NCBI RefSeq assembly: GCF_046119375.1
Contig: NW_027362761.1
Location: forward strand, 542,810,001 to 542,874,000
Source of the DNA: Phyllobates terribilis
Lineage: Eukaryota
Length of the DNA: 64,000 nt
Reading direction: 5' to 3'
The translations under genes were made by a program, and so were the position numbers. Of this stretch, positions 1 through 14,027 are shown piece by piece. The notes under the pieces were generated by a model, which saw nothing but the letters and a program-made list of their open reading frames with translations, had not been told where the DNA came from and ran no database searches. How positions within the stretch are numbered: the stretch's first letter is position 1; the number at the start of each line of letters is the position of its first letter.

Positions 1-523
1 CGTGTCTCTAACTATGACCAAAGTGATCGCGGGAAGGACAACAGGTGAACCAGCAACAGGGTCATTGGAGAACATCTGGAGCAAAGTCTCGCCAGCTGAT
101 CCTTCAAAGGATCTACTACAGCACAGGTTGCTGAAAAAAAAAAAAAAAAAAAAAAAAGCAAGTGGCTATAATATAAATGTGTCCGGACATGGAGTATCAC
201 AGCTTTTTGTATTTAGTATTGTGTAGCCACCGACTGCTCTTTGCCCTGGCTGATCACGGTCTACCACCAGAAGTGCCTTCAAGGGGTGAGGGAGCATCAG
301 AGCTGGACTGTGGAGCCACAGAAAGACAGCGAGTCTCCTCAATCACATTTTATTTTGTCATTTGTACTGCCAGGTGCATGTTTCACTAATCTGGGGGAAG
401 AGATACTCTATAGAAGAAGACCGGCCAGCGGAGCAGTGTGATGGGGCAATGTCCTGCTGGGAAGCCTTGTGTCCTGGCATCATGTGGACTGCCAGGTGCA
501 CGCTTCATTAATCTGGGGAAGAG
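1..523 (+). mobile_element. Degenerate Tc1-like transposase remnant, left part, with a local ~120-130 bp tandem duplication
   Basis: ORF 241-441 (KCLQGVREHQSWTVEPQK...SHFIL...GEE) resembles the Tc1 segment RLQWAREHQNWT..W..V.WSDESRF. It continues past the CR1 insertion at 2476. Confidence 0.6.
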
Positions 524-2475
524 GTAGTTACATAGTTTATAAGGCTGAAAAAAGACAAGCGTCCATCCAGTTCAGCCTATTTCTTGTGCACTGCAGCTAT
601 TCCGCAGCGTTGATCCAGGGGAAGGCAAAAAAACCCCATGCGGTATAGGCCAATTTACATCATTGAGGAAAAATTCACTTCCCGACTCCAATCTGGCAGT
701 CAGATTAAATCCCTGGATTAATTAACTAAGCATAAGATGTAATTTTATTGTTCTCAAGAAAGGCGTCCAGGCCTCTCTTGAACTCATTAAGTGAGTTGGA
801 CATCACCACTTCCTCTCCCAGAGAGTTCCAGAGTCTCACGGCTCTGACCGTTAAGAATCCCCTTCTATGCTGGTGCAGGAACCTCCTTTCCTCCAGACGC
901 ATAGTGTGCCCCCTCGTCTTTGTCACCATCCTTGGTATAAACAGGTCATGGGAGAGATCTCTGTACTGCCCCCTGATGTATTTATACATGTTTATGAGGT
1001 CTCCCCTAAGCCTTCTCTTTTCCAACGTAAATAGGCCTAATTTTGACAACCTCTCTGGGTATTCTAGTCCCTCCATTCCCTTTATTACCTTAGTCGCCCT
1101 CCTTTGTACCCTCTCTAGCTCCAATATGTCTTTCCTGAGCACCGGAGCCCAGAACTGTGCACAATATTCTAAGTGCGGCCTTACCAGCGCTTTATACAGA
1201 GGAAGAACAATGTTCTCATCATATGCCCCTATTCCTCTTCTGATGCATGCCATGACTCTATTTGCCTTCGCAGCAGCTGCCTGACACTGGGCACTCCAAT
1301 TTAATTTGCTATTAACCAAGACGCCCAGGTCCTTCTCCATGTCAGATTTCCCCAACGGTTTCCCATTTAATATGTATGGGTGACTGCTGTTTTTCTTTCC
1401 CATGTGCATGACCTTACATTTATTGGCATTGAACCCCATCTGCCATTTTTTGGCCCAACTCCCCAATTTATCTAAATCCTCCTGTAGCTGTGCCCTATCC
1501 TCATCTGTATTAACTACTTTACAAAGTTTAGTATCATCTGCAAATATTGCTATTTTACTATGCAACCCTTCCACTAGATCATTAATAAATATATTAAATA
1601 ATATAGGGCCCAAGACAGACCCTTGAGGCACCCCGCTAGTAACCCCGACACCCCCTGAGCTTACTCCATTGATAACCACCCTCTGCTTTCTATCACTCAG
1701 CCAGCTATTTACCCACTTGCACACATTATCCCCCAGACCAAGCATTCTCATTTTATATACCAACCTTTTGTGTGGCACGGTATCAAACGCTTTGGAGAAG
1801 TCAAGGTCTACAACATCCACTGACTCTCCCCGGTCCAGCTGTGAGCTCACCTCCTCGTAGAAGGCCATCAGGTTTGTTTGGCAGGAGCGATCCCTCATGA
1901 ATCCATGTTGATATGGAGTTAGACAGTTATTATCATTAAGATATTCTACAATAGCATCTCTAAGAAATCCTTCAAACAATTTACCCACAACAGACGTTAA
2001 GCTTACTGGTCTATAGTTCCCAGGGTCACTTTTAGACCCCTTTTTGAATATTGGTACCACATTTGCTTGGCGCCAGTCTAGTGGGACAGTCCCTGTCCAT
2101 AAAGAGTGCTTGAATATAAGATACAGCGGCCTGTCTATCACATTACTTAATTCTTTTAGTACCCGGGGGTGTATGTCATCTGGGCCTGGTGACTTGTCTA
2201 TTTTGATATTATTTAGGCGTTTCTGAACTTCCTCCTGGGTTAGGTGGGTGATATTTAGCGGAGGGTTTACTTTATCACTCTGCATTTCCTCTGATAAATT
2301 GTTTTCTTTTGTGAAAACAGTGGAGAAGAAGCAATTGAGTAGGTTTGCTTTACCCTCATCGCCCTCTATGATTTTACCCAGGTTATTTTTCAATGGGCCA
2401 ACTCCATCAGTTTTAATCCTTTTACTGTTTATATAGTTAAAGAACAGTTTGGGATTCGTTTTACTTTATTCGTCT
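524..2475 (-). mobile_element. 5'-truncated CR1 LINE (RT part of ORF2 plus 3' UTR)
   Basis: Uninterrupted RT frame; CR1-type 3' UTR ending in an AACTATGT-like repeat at ~525-535. Flanks rejoin as one host repeat unit (AATCTGGGGAAGAG | ATGCTCTAGAAGACTGGCC); only AG is duplicated. Confidence 0.93.
726..2393 (-). CDS. CR1 ORF2 reverse transcriptase, partial (no endonuclease; frame stays open to ~2473)
   Basis: Motifs KSPGPDDIHP, NYRPVSLTS, QHGF, DFSKAFDTVPH, GVPQGSVLGPILF, FADDTKL, HLEYCAQFWAP, RRLRGDLI; no stop over 555 aa. Confidence 0.9.
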   Translation of the reverse strand: MKNNLGKIIEGDEGKANLLNCFFSTVFTKENNLSEEMQSDKVNPPLNITHLTQEEVQKRLNNIKIDKSPGPDDIHPRVLKELSNVIDRPLYLIFKHSLWTGTVPLDWRQANVVPIFKKGSKSDPGNYRPVSLTSVVGKLFEGFLRDAIVEYLNDNNCLTPYQHGFMRDRSCQTNLMAFYEEVSSQLDRGESVDVVDLDFSKAFDTVPHKRLVYKMRMLGLGDNVCKWVNSWLSDRKQRVVINGVSSGGVGVTSGVPQGSVLGPILFNIFINDLVEGLHSKIAIFADDTKLCKVVNTDEDRAQLQEDLDKLGSWAKKWQMGFNANKCKVMHMGKKNSSHPYILNGKPLGKSDMEKDLGVLVNSKLNWSAQCQAAAAKANRVMACIRRGIGAYDENIVLPLYKALVRPHLEYCAQFWAPVLRKDILELERVQRRATKVIKGMEGLEYPERLSKLGLFTLEKRRLRGDLINMYKYIRGQYRDLSHDLFIPRMVTKTRGHTMRLEERRFLHQHRRGFLTVRAVRLWNSLGEEVVMSNSLNEFKRGLDAFLENNKITSYA

Positions 2476-3030
2476 AGATGCTCTAGAAGACTGGCCAGCG
2501 GAGTAGTGTAATGAGGCAATGTCCTACAGGGAAGCCTTGTGTCCTGGCGTCTTGTGGACGGCCGGGTGTGTGCATCACTTATCTGGGGAAGAGATGGCAC
2601 CAGGATGCGCTATAGGAAGAAGACACGCCGTGGGACTGTTCTACTGGGAAATGTGTCCTGGCATCATGAGGATGTGACGTACCACCTACCTAATCGATGT
2701 ACAGACCAAGTATCCTCTCGATGCCAGTGGGACCCCCTAATGTCAGTGCCTTTTTCCAGCAGGGTTACACCTCTGCCACACTGCAGGAACGGTGTAAGGA
2801 ACGTGATCTGGATCAGAGTGATGACTTTTCCCAACATTTCCCAAGATCTCAGTCCAATCAATCATCTGTGGGATGAGATGGAAAACCATTAAGCGGCATG
2901 GCAGGCGCAATGGGCAGGATGTAGAGGGTCTGCAAGTGACTTTTTGGTGCAGATATTGCAGGATGCTTTCACAGGTCCTATGGAGTCAATGCCACGATGA
3001 GTGACAGCTAGTTATTGTGCAAATTCATTT
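2476..3030 (+). mobile_element. Degenerate Tc1-like transposase remnant, right part
   Basis: Remnants of FQQDN..CHTA (~2755-2785), SQDLSPINHLWDE ([11 protein letters not shown] motif, ~2840-2880) and ESMPR (~2983-2998). Confidence 0.65.
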
Positions 3031-4198
3031 GCAGTACCCGATCCTCCGGTCACTTCGCTATTGTGTGCCTACTGGATGGGATCCCTGAGAACAGTCTTCC
3101 ACCTGATGACATTCCTGGCTCTCTGGATTAGCCGGCCTGGCTTGACTTCATAAAAATAATAATAAAAAAAAAGCCTGGGATCACATCGGGTAAGAGGTGT
3201 TACTTGGGGCAACCCTTGTGCGACCACAGATTACTGACGTGGCCAATGGACCGGGTCATGTGAATTGATGCATGCCAACTGTAGTAGGAGCTGCTATCGT
3301 GGCACAATATTAGTGAGTGGACCTTATGGTATGGCAGATCGACTCACGAATGAGGGCTGGGTACCTTTATAGTGCCATGATTTGTAGAGAAAGTTTCCGA
3401 TTTGTCCTCCGGGCTCTCCTGTGACCGGCGTCCTGTGAAAGATTGTGTTTGGACCCCAGGAGCATAACGATGACCTAGATCTGGGCAAAGATGTCAAATA
3501 ACACATTAGGTTCCTAATATTGGGCTGTCAGAAGAGTAAGACAGGTTGCTCTTTCCTGCCCATATTTAGCACATAATTGATCTTTTCCGCGCTCGCTTTT
3601 CTGGAACAGGTGGCGAGAGGTAGCTGGTGTGATGGATAACCCTGCTTAATACGCTCCCTGAGTTATGTGCTTCCATGTTGGATACAGAGAGGCGCAGCTG
3701 AAATGATCTCATTTAGGCGAGGGAGTTCAGCTGAGCATCTACAGCGCAATAGATTGTGCGGCGGCGCGGCCATCTCTCACGCTATTAACTCCGCGCTTAA
3801 TATTTAGTTAGCAATAAAATGCACCATTAAGTGACATGCGAATTCCATAAAGGAGTCATCGCTTTGTGAAAGGCTTTAGCATTCAGATGCCCTTCTCCTG
3901 TGCTCGGCGCCAGGTGCTGTTAAGAAGCACGTCGTGCCGACGCAATCGTTAACCTCTTCACTGCCGGCTGTGCAGACACAAACACCGGCTCCGGGTATGA
4001 GATTTATTCCAACGTGTATGGGAATGGAAGCAATATGAGAACTCTGCTGGTAGTTGCTGTCTTTCTCAGTCTTTGCATACATGCCCAATGGGGCAGAGAC
4101 TCAACGGATCGTCTGCCTGCGTTTTTCAAGCGGTGTGCTACGGTAGCAGCATGATGAATAACCTCTACCACGTGTAGATGAGAAAATCCACAGCGTAA

Positions 4199-4616
4199 GG
4201 CTATGTTCACACGTTGCGTTTTTGCTGCATTTTTCCTCATAGACAAAACCTGCTCTCTACGCAAGAAAGAAGCTGCTGACAAAAAGCAGTTTTGTGTTTT
4301 TTTGCTGCAGTTGTATTTGGCTCTTGTGCATGCTGATGGCGCAGTGTCCCTAAAAAAATTAAAAAAATAATGCAACCAGAAACGCTGCAAAACCTTATAC
4401 CGGTGTTTTTTTGCTGCACTTTTGCACTTACTCATTGCTTTCTATGGGTGAAAAAACGCAGAAAGAAGTGAAAGGCTGCTCAGCAGTTTTCCAAATCTGT
4501 CAGGGAAAAAAAAACTGAGATTTCTGAAATCTCATAGCTTTTGCTGGAACTGTAAAACGCAGCTTAAAATTTGCATAAAAAAAAACGCAGCAAAACCTCA
4601 TCATGTGAACACAGCC
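4199..4616. mobile_element. Non-autonomous DNA element (MITE), PIF/Harbinger-like
   Basis: Termini GGCTATGTTCACAC / CATGTGAACACAGCC; TAA on the left, GAA on the right (degenerate 3-bp TSD). Related copies at 14028 and 34179. Confidence 0.7.
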
Positions 4617-5656
4617 GAAGAGGAGCAATGCTGCCAATTCGAAATGTACATAATGGCAATTTATACCACAGGTTTCATTGCACAATACAAAGGGTGAAAT
4701 GTGCAGCAAACTTGCAGGGTTTCCGCAGCGAAATATTTGGAGGCTTTTTTTTTTTGTGGACGAACCTGAAAATCACTCACTACGACTGGAAAACCATAAC
4801 TTTCTGACACCAAAACTGGCAAGACCCTGATATGGGCAAAACTACCAGTGTAACGGGCAAAGCTATGACTGGTGCTGCTGCTCTCGGACCCTTGTTCTGT
4901 TATTTTTTAATCCACTATATAGTTCCTGAGTTATGGACCTTTTTATTTACTGCTAAATTTCATGTTCTTTTCCAAAGAGGCGGAGCTGACAGATTTGTCT
5001 GGGGGTTTGTGTTTTAGGCTTCAATGCATTTTCTTTTTGAGCTACTCCTTGGAAAACAGACAAATTACTACTAAATAAAAAGGCTCCTATCTCTGGGACC
5101 TTATGGCGGATACAAGAAATACAAAGCTTAATACAGAGGGGAGCATCAAGTATAGCAAATTAAGAGCAAAAACTGGGCATTATGACCTGGGGACAGGTCC
5201 GCTGTAAGAGGCACGGTCCAGACTACAACGCCTGACACGTGTTTTTGTTCTTAGACTATTTATTATACTCTCGGCTTTGGAGCTTTGTCTTAGTAGGAAA
5301 AAAGATATTTCTTTAACCTTTTGAAAGTCAGAGTTCTGCATCTAAGTAGTAATTATCTACACGGTGACGTATATCCAGAAGTTGTGTACCGCCTAATATG
5401 ATGGGGGAAGACACAGACTGGTAGTGCTCTGATGAGCGACGGACGCTGGTGGGGGCTGCAAATGGAAGATGCTGAACAAACCGATATAAATGCACAAATA
5501 CATATATAATGACATTTACATCGGGCATTGATGCCTGGTGTTTAGTGGAATGGTCTGTGCATCCTAGGAGTCTATATTGCTCTTTTAGGAAATACAGCAC
5601 ATACCAGATTCTGCAGGTTTTTTTTGTGTTATAACAAACCAACCGCAGTTTACTAG

Positions 5657-6182
5657 CCCTCCCCAGGTCCAGTGCAGAGTCTCCTGCACTGCTCCTGGGG
5701 TCTGATATCCGCTGTAGCGCTGACTTTACATCGGCAGCCTATCACTGAGCTCAGCAACTCTCTCCCCCAGTAGTCATAGCATCCCTCTCAGAGCCACTGA
5801 GGTCCCTTATTGGCTGCCACACCCTGCTCTGAGCCACTGAGGTCCCTTATTGGCTGCCACACCCTGCTCTGAGCCACTGAGGTCCCTTATTGGCTGCCGC
5901 ACCCTGCTCTGAGCCATTGAGGTCACTTATTGGCTGCCGCATCCCGCTCAGGGCCACTGAGGTGACTTATTGGCTGCCGCACCCCACTCAGGGCCACTGA
6001 GGTTACTTATTGGCTGTCTCACCCTGCTCAGGGCCACCGACTGAGGTAACTTATTGGCGGCTGCACCCTGCTCGGAGCCACTGAGGTCACTTTTTGGCCG
6101 CCACGCTGTCAATGTGACCTCAGCCATGCAGACAATAAGAGACAGAACAGCGGCGGAGACTCTGCGCTGGACCCGGGGAGGG
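5657..6182. repeat. Inverted-repeat-bounded segment enclosing a ~39-bp minisatellite (about 8 copies, ~5775-6105)
   Basis: CCCTCCCCAGGTCCAGTGCAGAGTCTCC (5657-5684) versus GGAGACTCTGCGCTGGACCCGGGGAGGG (6155-6182); unit GAGCCACTGAGGTCCCTTATTGGCTGCCACACCCTGCTCT. Confidence 0.75.
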
Positions 6183-7014
6183 TAGAGTGCTGATTGTTTT
6201 TCTTATAAACTGTACATGGGAACTGATATTTTCTGACAGATGACAACCTCTTTAAATTATACGATTTATTACATAGAAGTGTCTAGAATAGTGTCATTCT
6301 GGGTGCACTCTGGCATTGTTCAATGGTTGGTTCATGTTACTTATCGAAGTGGGAGAGATAATGATCAATCCATCAAGGCACTTCTCACCATTTTGAAGGC
6401 AGCTCTTGTTCCTCGGCACTACGATGCCTGTGCTGTTAGCGAACACACAAGGAGTCGCCATAAGTGTTGTGGCCCAATGGAGAGATGGTAGCTTGGTTTG
6501 GTTAAGATCTGTGCTGTGCCCCTACTGTTGTTGTAGTTGATGTTGGCACTTGCCCACGTTGGCGCAGAGACTGCTTGTTAGCAGTATTAGACAATATGAA
6601 GAGTCAGCCGATTCCTGCTACACAGTAGTCTCCATGACGGTGCAGGGTAGCGCGAGCAATCGCTGGAGAAACAGTAGGACCAAGCACCTTCCAATTACAC
6701 TCTCCGCAGCAGTCCTAGTTAGCCGGAGAGCGCCATGCATGGCGGATTAGTGACATCACTGCGGAAGAGAACCCTCCCTGGCGGTGCGGCCTTCTAGCAG
6801 TACTCTGACATGCTGCATTTCTTCAGTGTGTAAAGGGCTGTATGACTGGTGCTTCGGTCTGGGCTCTTCCAGTCAGCGCTGTGTGTACTTATCATGCCGA
6901 AGAGAGGGTCCCACCTTTACACTGACTGCCCTGTAGCTCTCACATACAACCATGCTCTCCCACAAGCTGAAGAGTCTAATAGCAACCGCATCGGGAACAA
7001 GCCCTGCCTCCCCA

Positions 7015-7381
7015 GTAATGTATGTACACAGTGACTGCACCAGCAGAATAGTGAGTGCAGCTCTGGAGTATAATACAGGATGTAACTCAGGATCAGTACA
7101 GGATCAGTAATGTAATGTATGTACACAGTGACTGCACCAGCAGAATAGTGAGTGCAGCTCTGGAGTATAATACAGGATGTAACTCAGGATCAGTAATGTA
7201 ATGTATGTACACAGTGACCGCACCAGCAGAATAGTGAGTGCAGCTCTGGAGTATAATACAGGATGTAACTCAGGATCAGTAATGTAATGTATGTACACAG
7301 TGACTGCACCAGCAGAATAGTGAGTGCAGCTCTGGAGTATAATACAGGATGTAACTCAGGATCAGCACAGTATAAGTAATG
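7015..7381. repeat. Minisatellite of ~80-92 bp units, left of the Tc1 insertion
   Basis: Unit GTAATGTATGTACACAGTGACTGCACCAGCAGAATAGTGAGTGCAGCTCTGGAGTATAATACAGGATGTAACTCAGGATCA, about 4 copies. Confidence 0.92.
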
Positions 7382-7383
7382 TA

Positions 7384-9008
<1,625 letters not shown>

Positions 9009-9010
9009 TA

Positions 9011-9722
9011 TGTACACAGTGACTCCACCAGCAGAATAGTGAGTACAGCTCTGGGGTATAATACAGGATGTAACTCTGGATCAGTAATGTATGTACACAG
9101 TGACTGCACCAGCAGAATAGTGAGTGCAGCTCTGGAGTATAATACAGGATGTAACAAAGGATCAGTACAGGATCAGTAATGTAATGTATGTACACAGTGA
9201 CTGCACCAGTAGAATAGTGAGTGCAGCTCTGGGGTATAATACAGCATGTAACTCAGGGTCAGTACAGGATAAGTAATGTATGTACACAGTGACTCCACCA
9301 GCAGAATAGTGAGTGCAGCTCTGGGGTATAATACAGCATGTAACTCAGGGTCAGTACAGGATAAGTAATGTATGTACACAGTGACTCCACCAGCAGAATA
9401 GTGAGTGCAGCTCTGGAGTATAATACAGGATGTAACTCAGGATCAGTAATGTAATGTATGTACACAGTGACTGCACCAGCAGAATAGTGAGTGCAGCTCT
9501 GGAGTATAATACAGGATGTAACTCAGGATCAATACAGGATAAGTAATGTATGTACACAGTGACTCCACCAGCAGAATAGTGAGTGCAGCTCTGGGGTATA
9601 ATACAGCATGTAACTCAGGGTCAGTACAGGATAAGTAATGTATGTACACAGTGACTCCACCAGCAGAATAGTGAGTGCAGCTCTGGGGTATAATACAGCA
9701 TGTAACTCAGGATCAGTACAGG
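9011..9722. repeat. Same minisatellite, right of the Tc1 insertion (about 8 copies)
   Basis: The unit resumes in register at TA|TGTACACAGTGAC. Confidence 0.92.
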
Positions 9723-9999
9723 TAATTCCATTTAAATATATGAAAATATGGTTGTGTTAATGATTTGGGCGGTAAGTGTTTGGTCGGTGCGGCTCGTGTG
9801 TGTAGTTGTGCCCGATGTTGCTGCTCATCCCGCTTCCTTTGATCAGACCACACCACAAGCAATGATGGCCGGTCCTAACATTATGGCCCCGGTAGTACTG
9901 CAGGCTGCGGCTCTGTACTGTCGCCATCTCCACGTATTCAGTGTCTGCACAGTTATCTGCTTTGTAGTCTCTGCACCTTTTGTGCGTTGACTTCTCTAA

Positions 10000-10200
<201 letters not shown>

Positions 10201-10949
10201 TGAGTTATAATTGTACTAATTTATGGAGAGGAATAAATCTGCATGTGTTTCCATTCAGTAGCATGACTTATCAGCATGGGATGCTGCCTGCGTTGGGCTG
10301 GAAGCGGCTTTCCAGCTGTTCCCTCCATGCTTCCCTTCTATGAAATCTACATTTGTCAACATGAATTTCCCATTCCCGCCTGCTGAACAGGAACACTTTC
10401 CATAAGGATAGCGGCCTCAGAATCGCTCTGCATTGCCTCGTTTTAATCAGATTCTCGGGTACGTTCACATAACGCCCCGCAGGCTGCCAAGTGTTAATCT
10501 GATTAACTCTTACTCGGCAGGTCCGTAGCCCAGCACAGCAGCGGCCGGCCCGCGGCTCTCTGGGCACTTTATAGCAGCTATTACGGCTGACCGTGACCTG
10601 TGAATGTATTACTGTAAATCACAGGACACTTTACCGGGAAGCCAAGGCTTCTAGGCATGTCCTGAGTGTTTAGTCGACCGTGGACTCGCCTGAACTGTGC
10701 TGGTTCTGATCAACACTCTAAATGGTTGGTCCTATTTGTTAATTGGCCTCATCTATTTTTCTTTTTTCTCGTAATGATCATCTATATAGTAATAGAGAAG
10801 TGGGGAACCTTTCTTTGTATTTCCATCACCCATTCTGTGTTTTATTTTCTGTGTATACACAACGCTAGACTTCGAGTCAACACCTATTGACTATCCTATG
10901 AGTCAACATTGACCCTTTTAAATCGCCTTGCTACATGATATAAAATGAT

Positions 10950-11045
10950 ACGCCACTTGCACAAAGCTGTTTCGGGCTTCTTGCTCCTCATCAGTGCAAT
11001 CTAGGAGACTGTTGGGTTTGGTCGGAGGCCTGAGTAGTCACAAAG
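10950..11045 (-). ncRNA. Degenerate minimal hammerhead-ribozyme-like motif, probable Penelope-like element remnant
   Basis: Minus strand reads TTGCA CTGATGA GGAGC AAGAA GCCC GAAAC AGCT TTG TGCAA: core boxes plus plausible stems I and II, but the cleavage triplet is not NUH. Confidence 0.5.
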
Positions 11046-11135
11046 TGTTAACTATTCACAATCTTTAAAGCCGATGTCTCATTAAAGTGTCCTGTTAAAA
11101 CAAATGGGCCTATGTACGAGGTAGGTGATAACTCG

Positions 11136-11400
11136 TTGATCGGTGGGGGTCCGATGGCTGTGACCCGCAACGGTCGGCAGAATAGGGTACTTTTCATTCC
11201 TGTTATAACGGAGCTGCAGTGCACTTGCTTGACCACCGCTCCACTAATTACCTATGGGGCTGCATAGAGAATAAGTGGAGAGGCTGTCGGGCATGCGATC
11301 TGCTGCTGACGTTTGTAAAGTGATCAGTAGGGGATAAAATTCCTAGTTCTGCTGATCGGTGCAGGTCCCAACGGTTGGACACCCAGTGATCAGTATCTGG
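11136..11400. mobile_element. Degenerate fold-back MITE remnant
   Basis: Imperfect inverted arms TGATCGGTGGGGGTCC...GGCAGAATAGG and CCTAGTTCTGCTGATCGG...CAGTGATCAG. Confidence 0.45.
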
Positions 11401-11999
11401 TGGACAGATTCCGCCTCTTATGGCATATAGCTGATTATTGGTTATGGTGGGGGGCAACAGAGTAAATATACTATTATTGATAAATGATCCTTCAAGTAAT
11501 ACAAAGATGGCACAAGTCTGCCAGATCAGGGGCTGCTGTTACTTCTCTGATGGGAGCCCTGGTGGGATCTGTACTTATCGGAGCCGCATATATGCAGTAG
11601 TATCTATGGACTAAATTGTATATGCTTTCTCCGTAATGTAAATCCTAAAATGCCAGTGATCCGTTAACCGCTTAATAGCTAATTGAAATAACGAAGGATA
11701 GTTTTCAGTAGAATTTTCTATCAGTGGTAGTGGTAGTGGTGGTAGTAGTAGTTTATTACATACTAAAATAATAATCATAATACAAAATAACCAACACTAA
11801 CAATACAAATAATAAATATTAATACATATTAACACTAATACTAATTAATAACACTATCATACTTGTTATTATGAATTAGTGTTATTAATCAGCATTTTAG
11901 TATTTGTATTAATGTATTCATATTAGTGATGTTTAGTTAATAATATTATTCCGTGTTAATTTGCCCAAAAATGACAAAAGTATTCTGTGTGATACATTT

Positions 12000-12175
12000 N
12001 NNNNNNNNNNNNNNNNNNNNNNNNNNNNNNNNNNNNNNNNNNNNNNNNNNNNNNNNNNNNNNNNNNNNNNNNNNNNNNNNNNNNNNNNNNNNNNNNNNNN
12101 NNNNNNNNNNNNNNNNNNNNNNNNNNNNNNNNNNNNNNNNNNNNNNNNNNNNNNNNNNNNNNNNNNNNNNNNNNN
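12000..12175. other. Assembly gap (176 N)
   Basis: Run of N. Confidence 1.
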
Positions 12176-13735
12176 GGACACACCTTCTCATTTTAAGATT
12201 TTTCTGTATTTTCATGACTTTGAAAATTGTACATTCACACTGAAGGCATCAAAACTATGAATTAACACATGTGGAATTATATACTTAACAAAAAAGTGTT
12301 AAACAACTGAAAATATGTCTTATATTCTAGGTTCTTCAAAGTAGCCACCTTTGCTTTGATGACTGCTTTGCACACTCTTGGCATTCTCTTGATGAGCTTC
12401 AAGAGGTAGTCACTGGAAATGGTCTTCCAACAATCTTGAAGGAGTTCCCAGAGATGCTTAGCACTTGTTGGCCCTTTTGCCTTCACTCTGCGGTCCAGCT
12501 CACCCCAAACCATCTCGATTGGGTTCAGGTCCCATCACTCTCCTTCTTGGTCAAATAGCCCTTACACAGCCTGGAGGTGTGTTTGGGGTCATTGTCCTGT
12601 TGAAAAATAAATGATGGTCCAACTAAATGCAAACAGGATGGAATAGCATGCCGCTGCAAGATGCTGTGGTAGCCATTCTGGTACAGGATGCCTTCAATTT
12701 TGAATAAATCCCCAACAGTGTCACCAGCAAAACAACCCCACACCATCACACCTCCTCCTCCATGCTTCACGGTGGGAACCAGGCATGTAGAGTCCATCCG
12801 GTCACCTTTTCTGCGTCGCACAAAGACACGGTGGTTGGAACCAAAGATCTCAAATTTGGACTCATCAGACCAAAGCACAGATTTCCACTGGTCTAATGTC
12901 CATTCCTTGTGTTCTTTAGCCCAAACAAGTCTCTTCTGCTTGTTGCCTGTCCTTAGCAGTGGTTTCCTAGCAGCTATTTTACCATGAAGGCCTGCTGCAC
13001 AAAGTCTCCTCTTAACAGTTGTTGTAGAGATGTGTCTGCTGCTAGAACTCTGTGTGGCATTGACCTGGTCTCTAATCTGAGCTGCTGTTAACCTGCGATT
13101 TCTGAGGCTGGTGACTCCTCAGAAGCAGAGGTGACTCTTGGTCTTCCTTTCCAGGGGCGGTCCTCATGTGAGCCAGTTTCTTTGTAGCGCTTGATGGTTT
13201 TTGCAACTGCACTTGGGGACACTTTCAATGTTTTCCCAATTTTTCGCACTGACTGACCTTCATTTCTTAAAGTAATGATTTCCACTCGTTTTTCTTTACT
13301 TCGCTGCTTTTTTTTTCCCATAATACAAATTCTAACAGTCTATTCAGTAGGACTGTCAGCTGTGTATCCACCTGACTTTTGCACAACACAACTGATGGTC
13401 CCAACCCCATTTATAAGGCAAGAAATCCCACTTATTAAACCTGACAGGGCACACCTGTGAAGTGAAAACCATTTCCAGTGACTACCTCTTGAAGCTCATC
13501 AAGAGAATGCCAAGAGTGTGCAAAGCAGTCATCAAAGCAAAAGGTGGCTACTTTGAAGAACCTAGAATATAAGACATATTTTCAGTTGTTTCACACTTTT
13601 TTGTTAAGTATATAATTCCACATGTGGTAATTCATAGTTTTGATGCCTTCAGTGTGAATGTACAATTTTCATAGTCATGAAAATACAGAAAAATCTTTAA
13701 ATGAGAAGGTGTGTCCAAACTTTTGGTCTGTACTG
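12176..13735 (-). mobile_element. Tc1-like transposon with internal deletions; one TIR tip lost in the gap
   Basis: [70 protein letters not shown]. Long TIRs include the KRMPRVCKAVIKAKGGYFEE coding end on both sides; terminus ...CCAAACTTTTGGTCTGTACTG. Confidence 0.9.
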
Positions 13736-13736
13736 T

Positions 13737-13740
13737 GTAT

Positions 13741-13802
<62 letters not shown>
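13737..13802. repeat. (TA)n microsatellite
   Basis: Interrupted TA run next to the Tc1 end. Confidence 0.95.
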
Positions 13803-14027
13803 TTATTTCTGGTTAGCCAATAAAGGTATCACACAGAATACTTTTGTCATTTTTGGGCATAAAAGTATTTACTATTTGTGGTAGTAAATGGAGAAAATTC
13901 CCTGCTCTTAGGGCCACCCTTCATCACCTGTCCCCAACGCTAAGAGCCTCCACAAAACTTTGAATCTGTGGCTGATATCTGTCGCTCTTCTTGTAAAATT
14001 ACTGTTATAATGTCAGCTGCATCCTAA

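Noticed and set aside
5429-5450. CTGATGAG followed by a small hairpin, a possible hammerhead
   Set aside because: No GAAA box after the stem and no helix I or III.
11933-12260. ORFs spanning N runs (also 15442-15921)
   Set aside because: Artefacts of translating assembly gaps.
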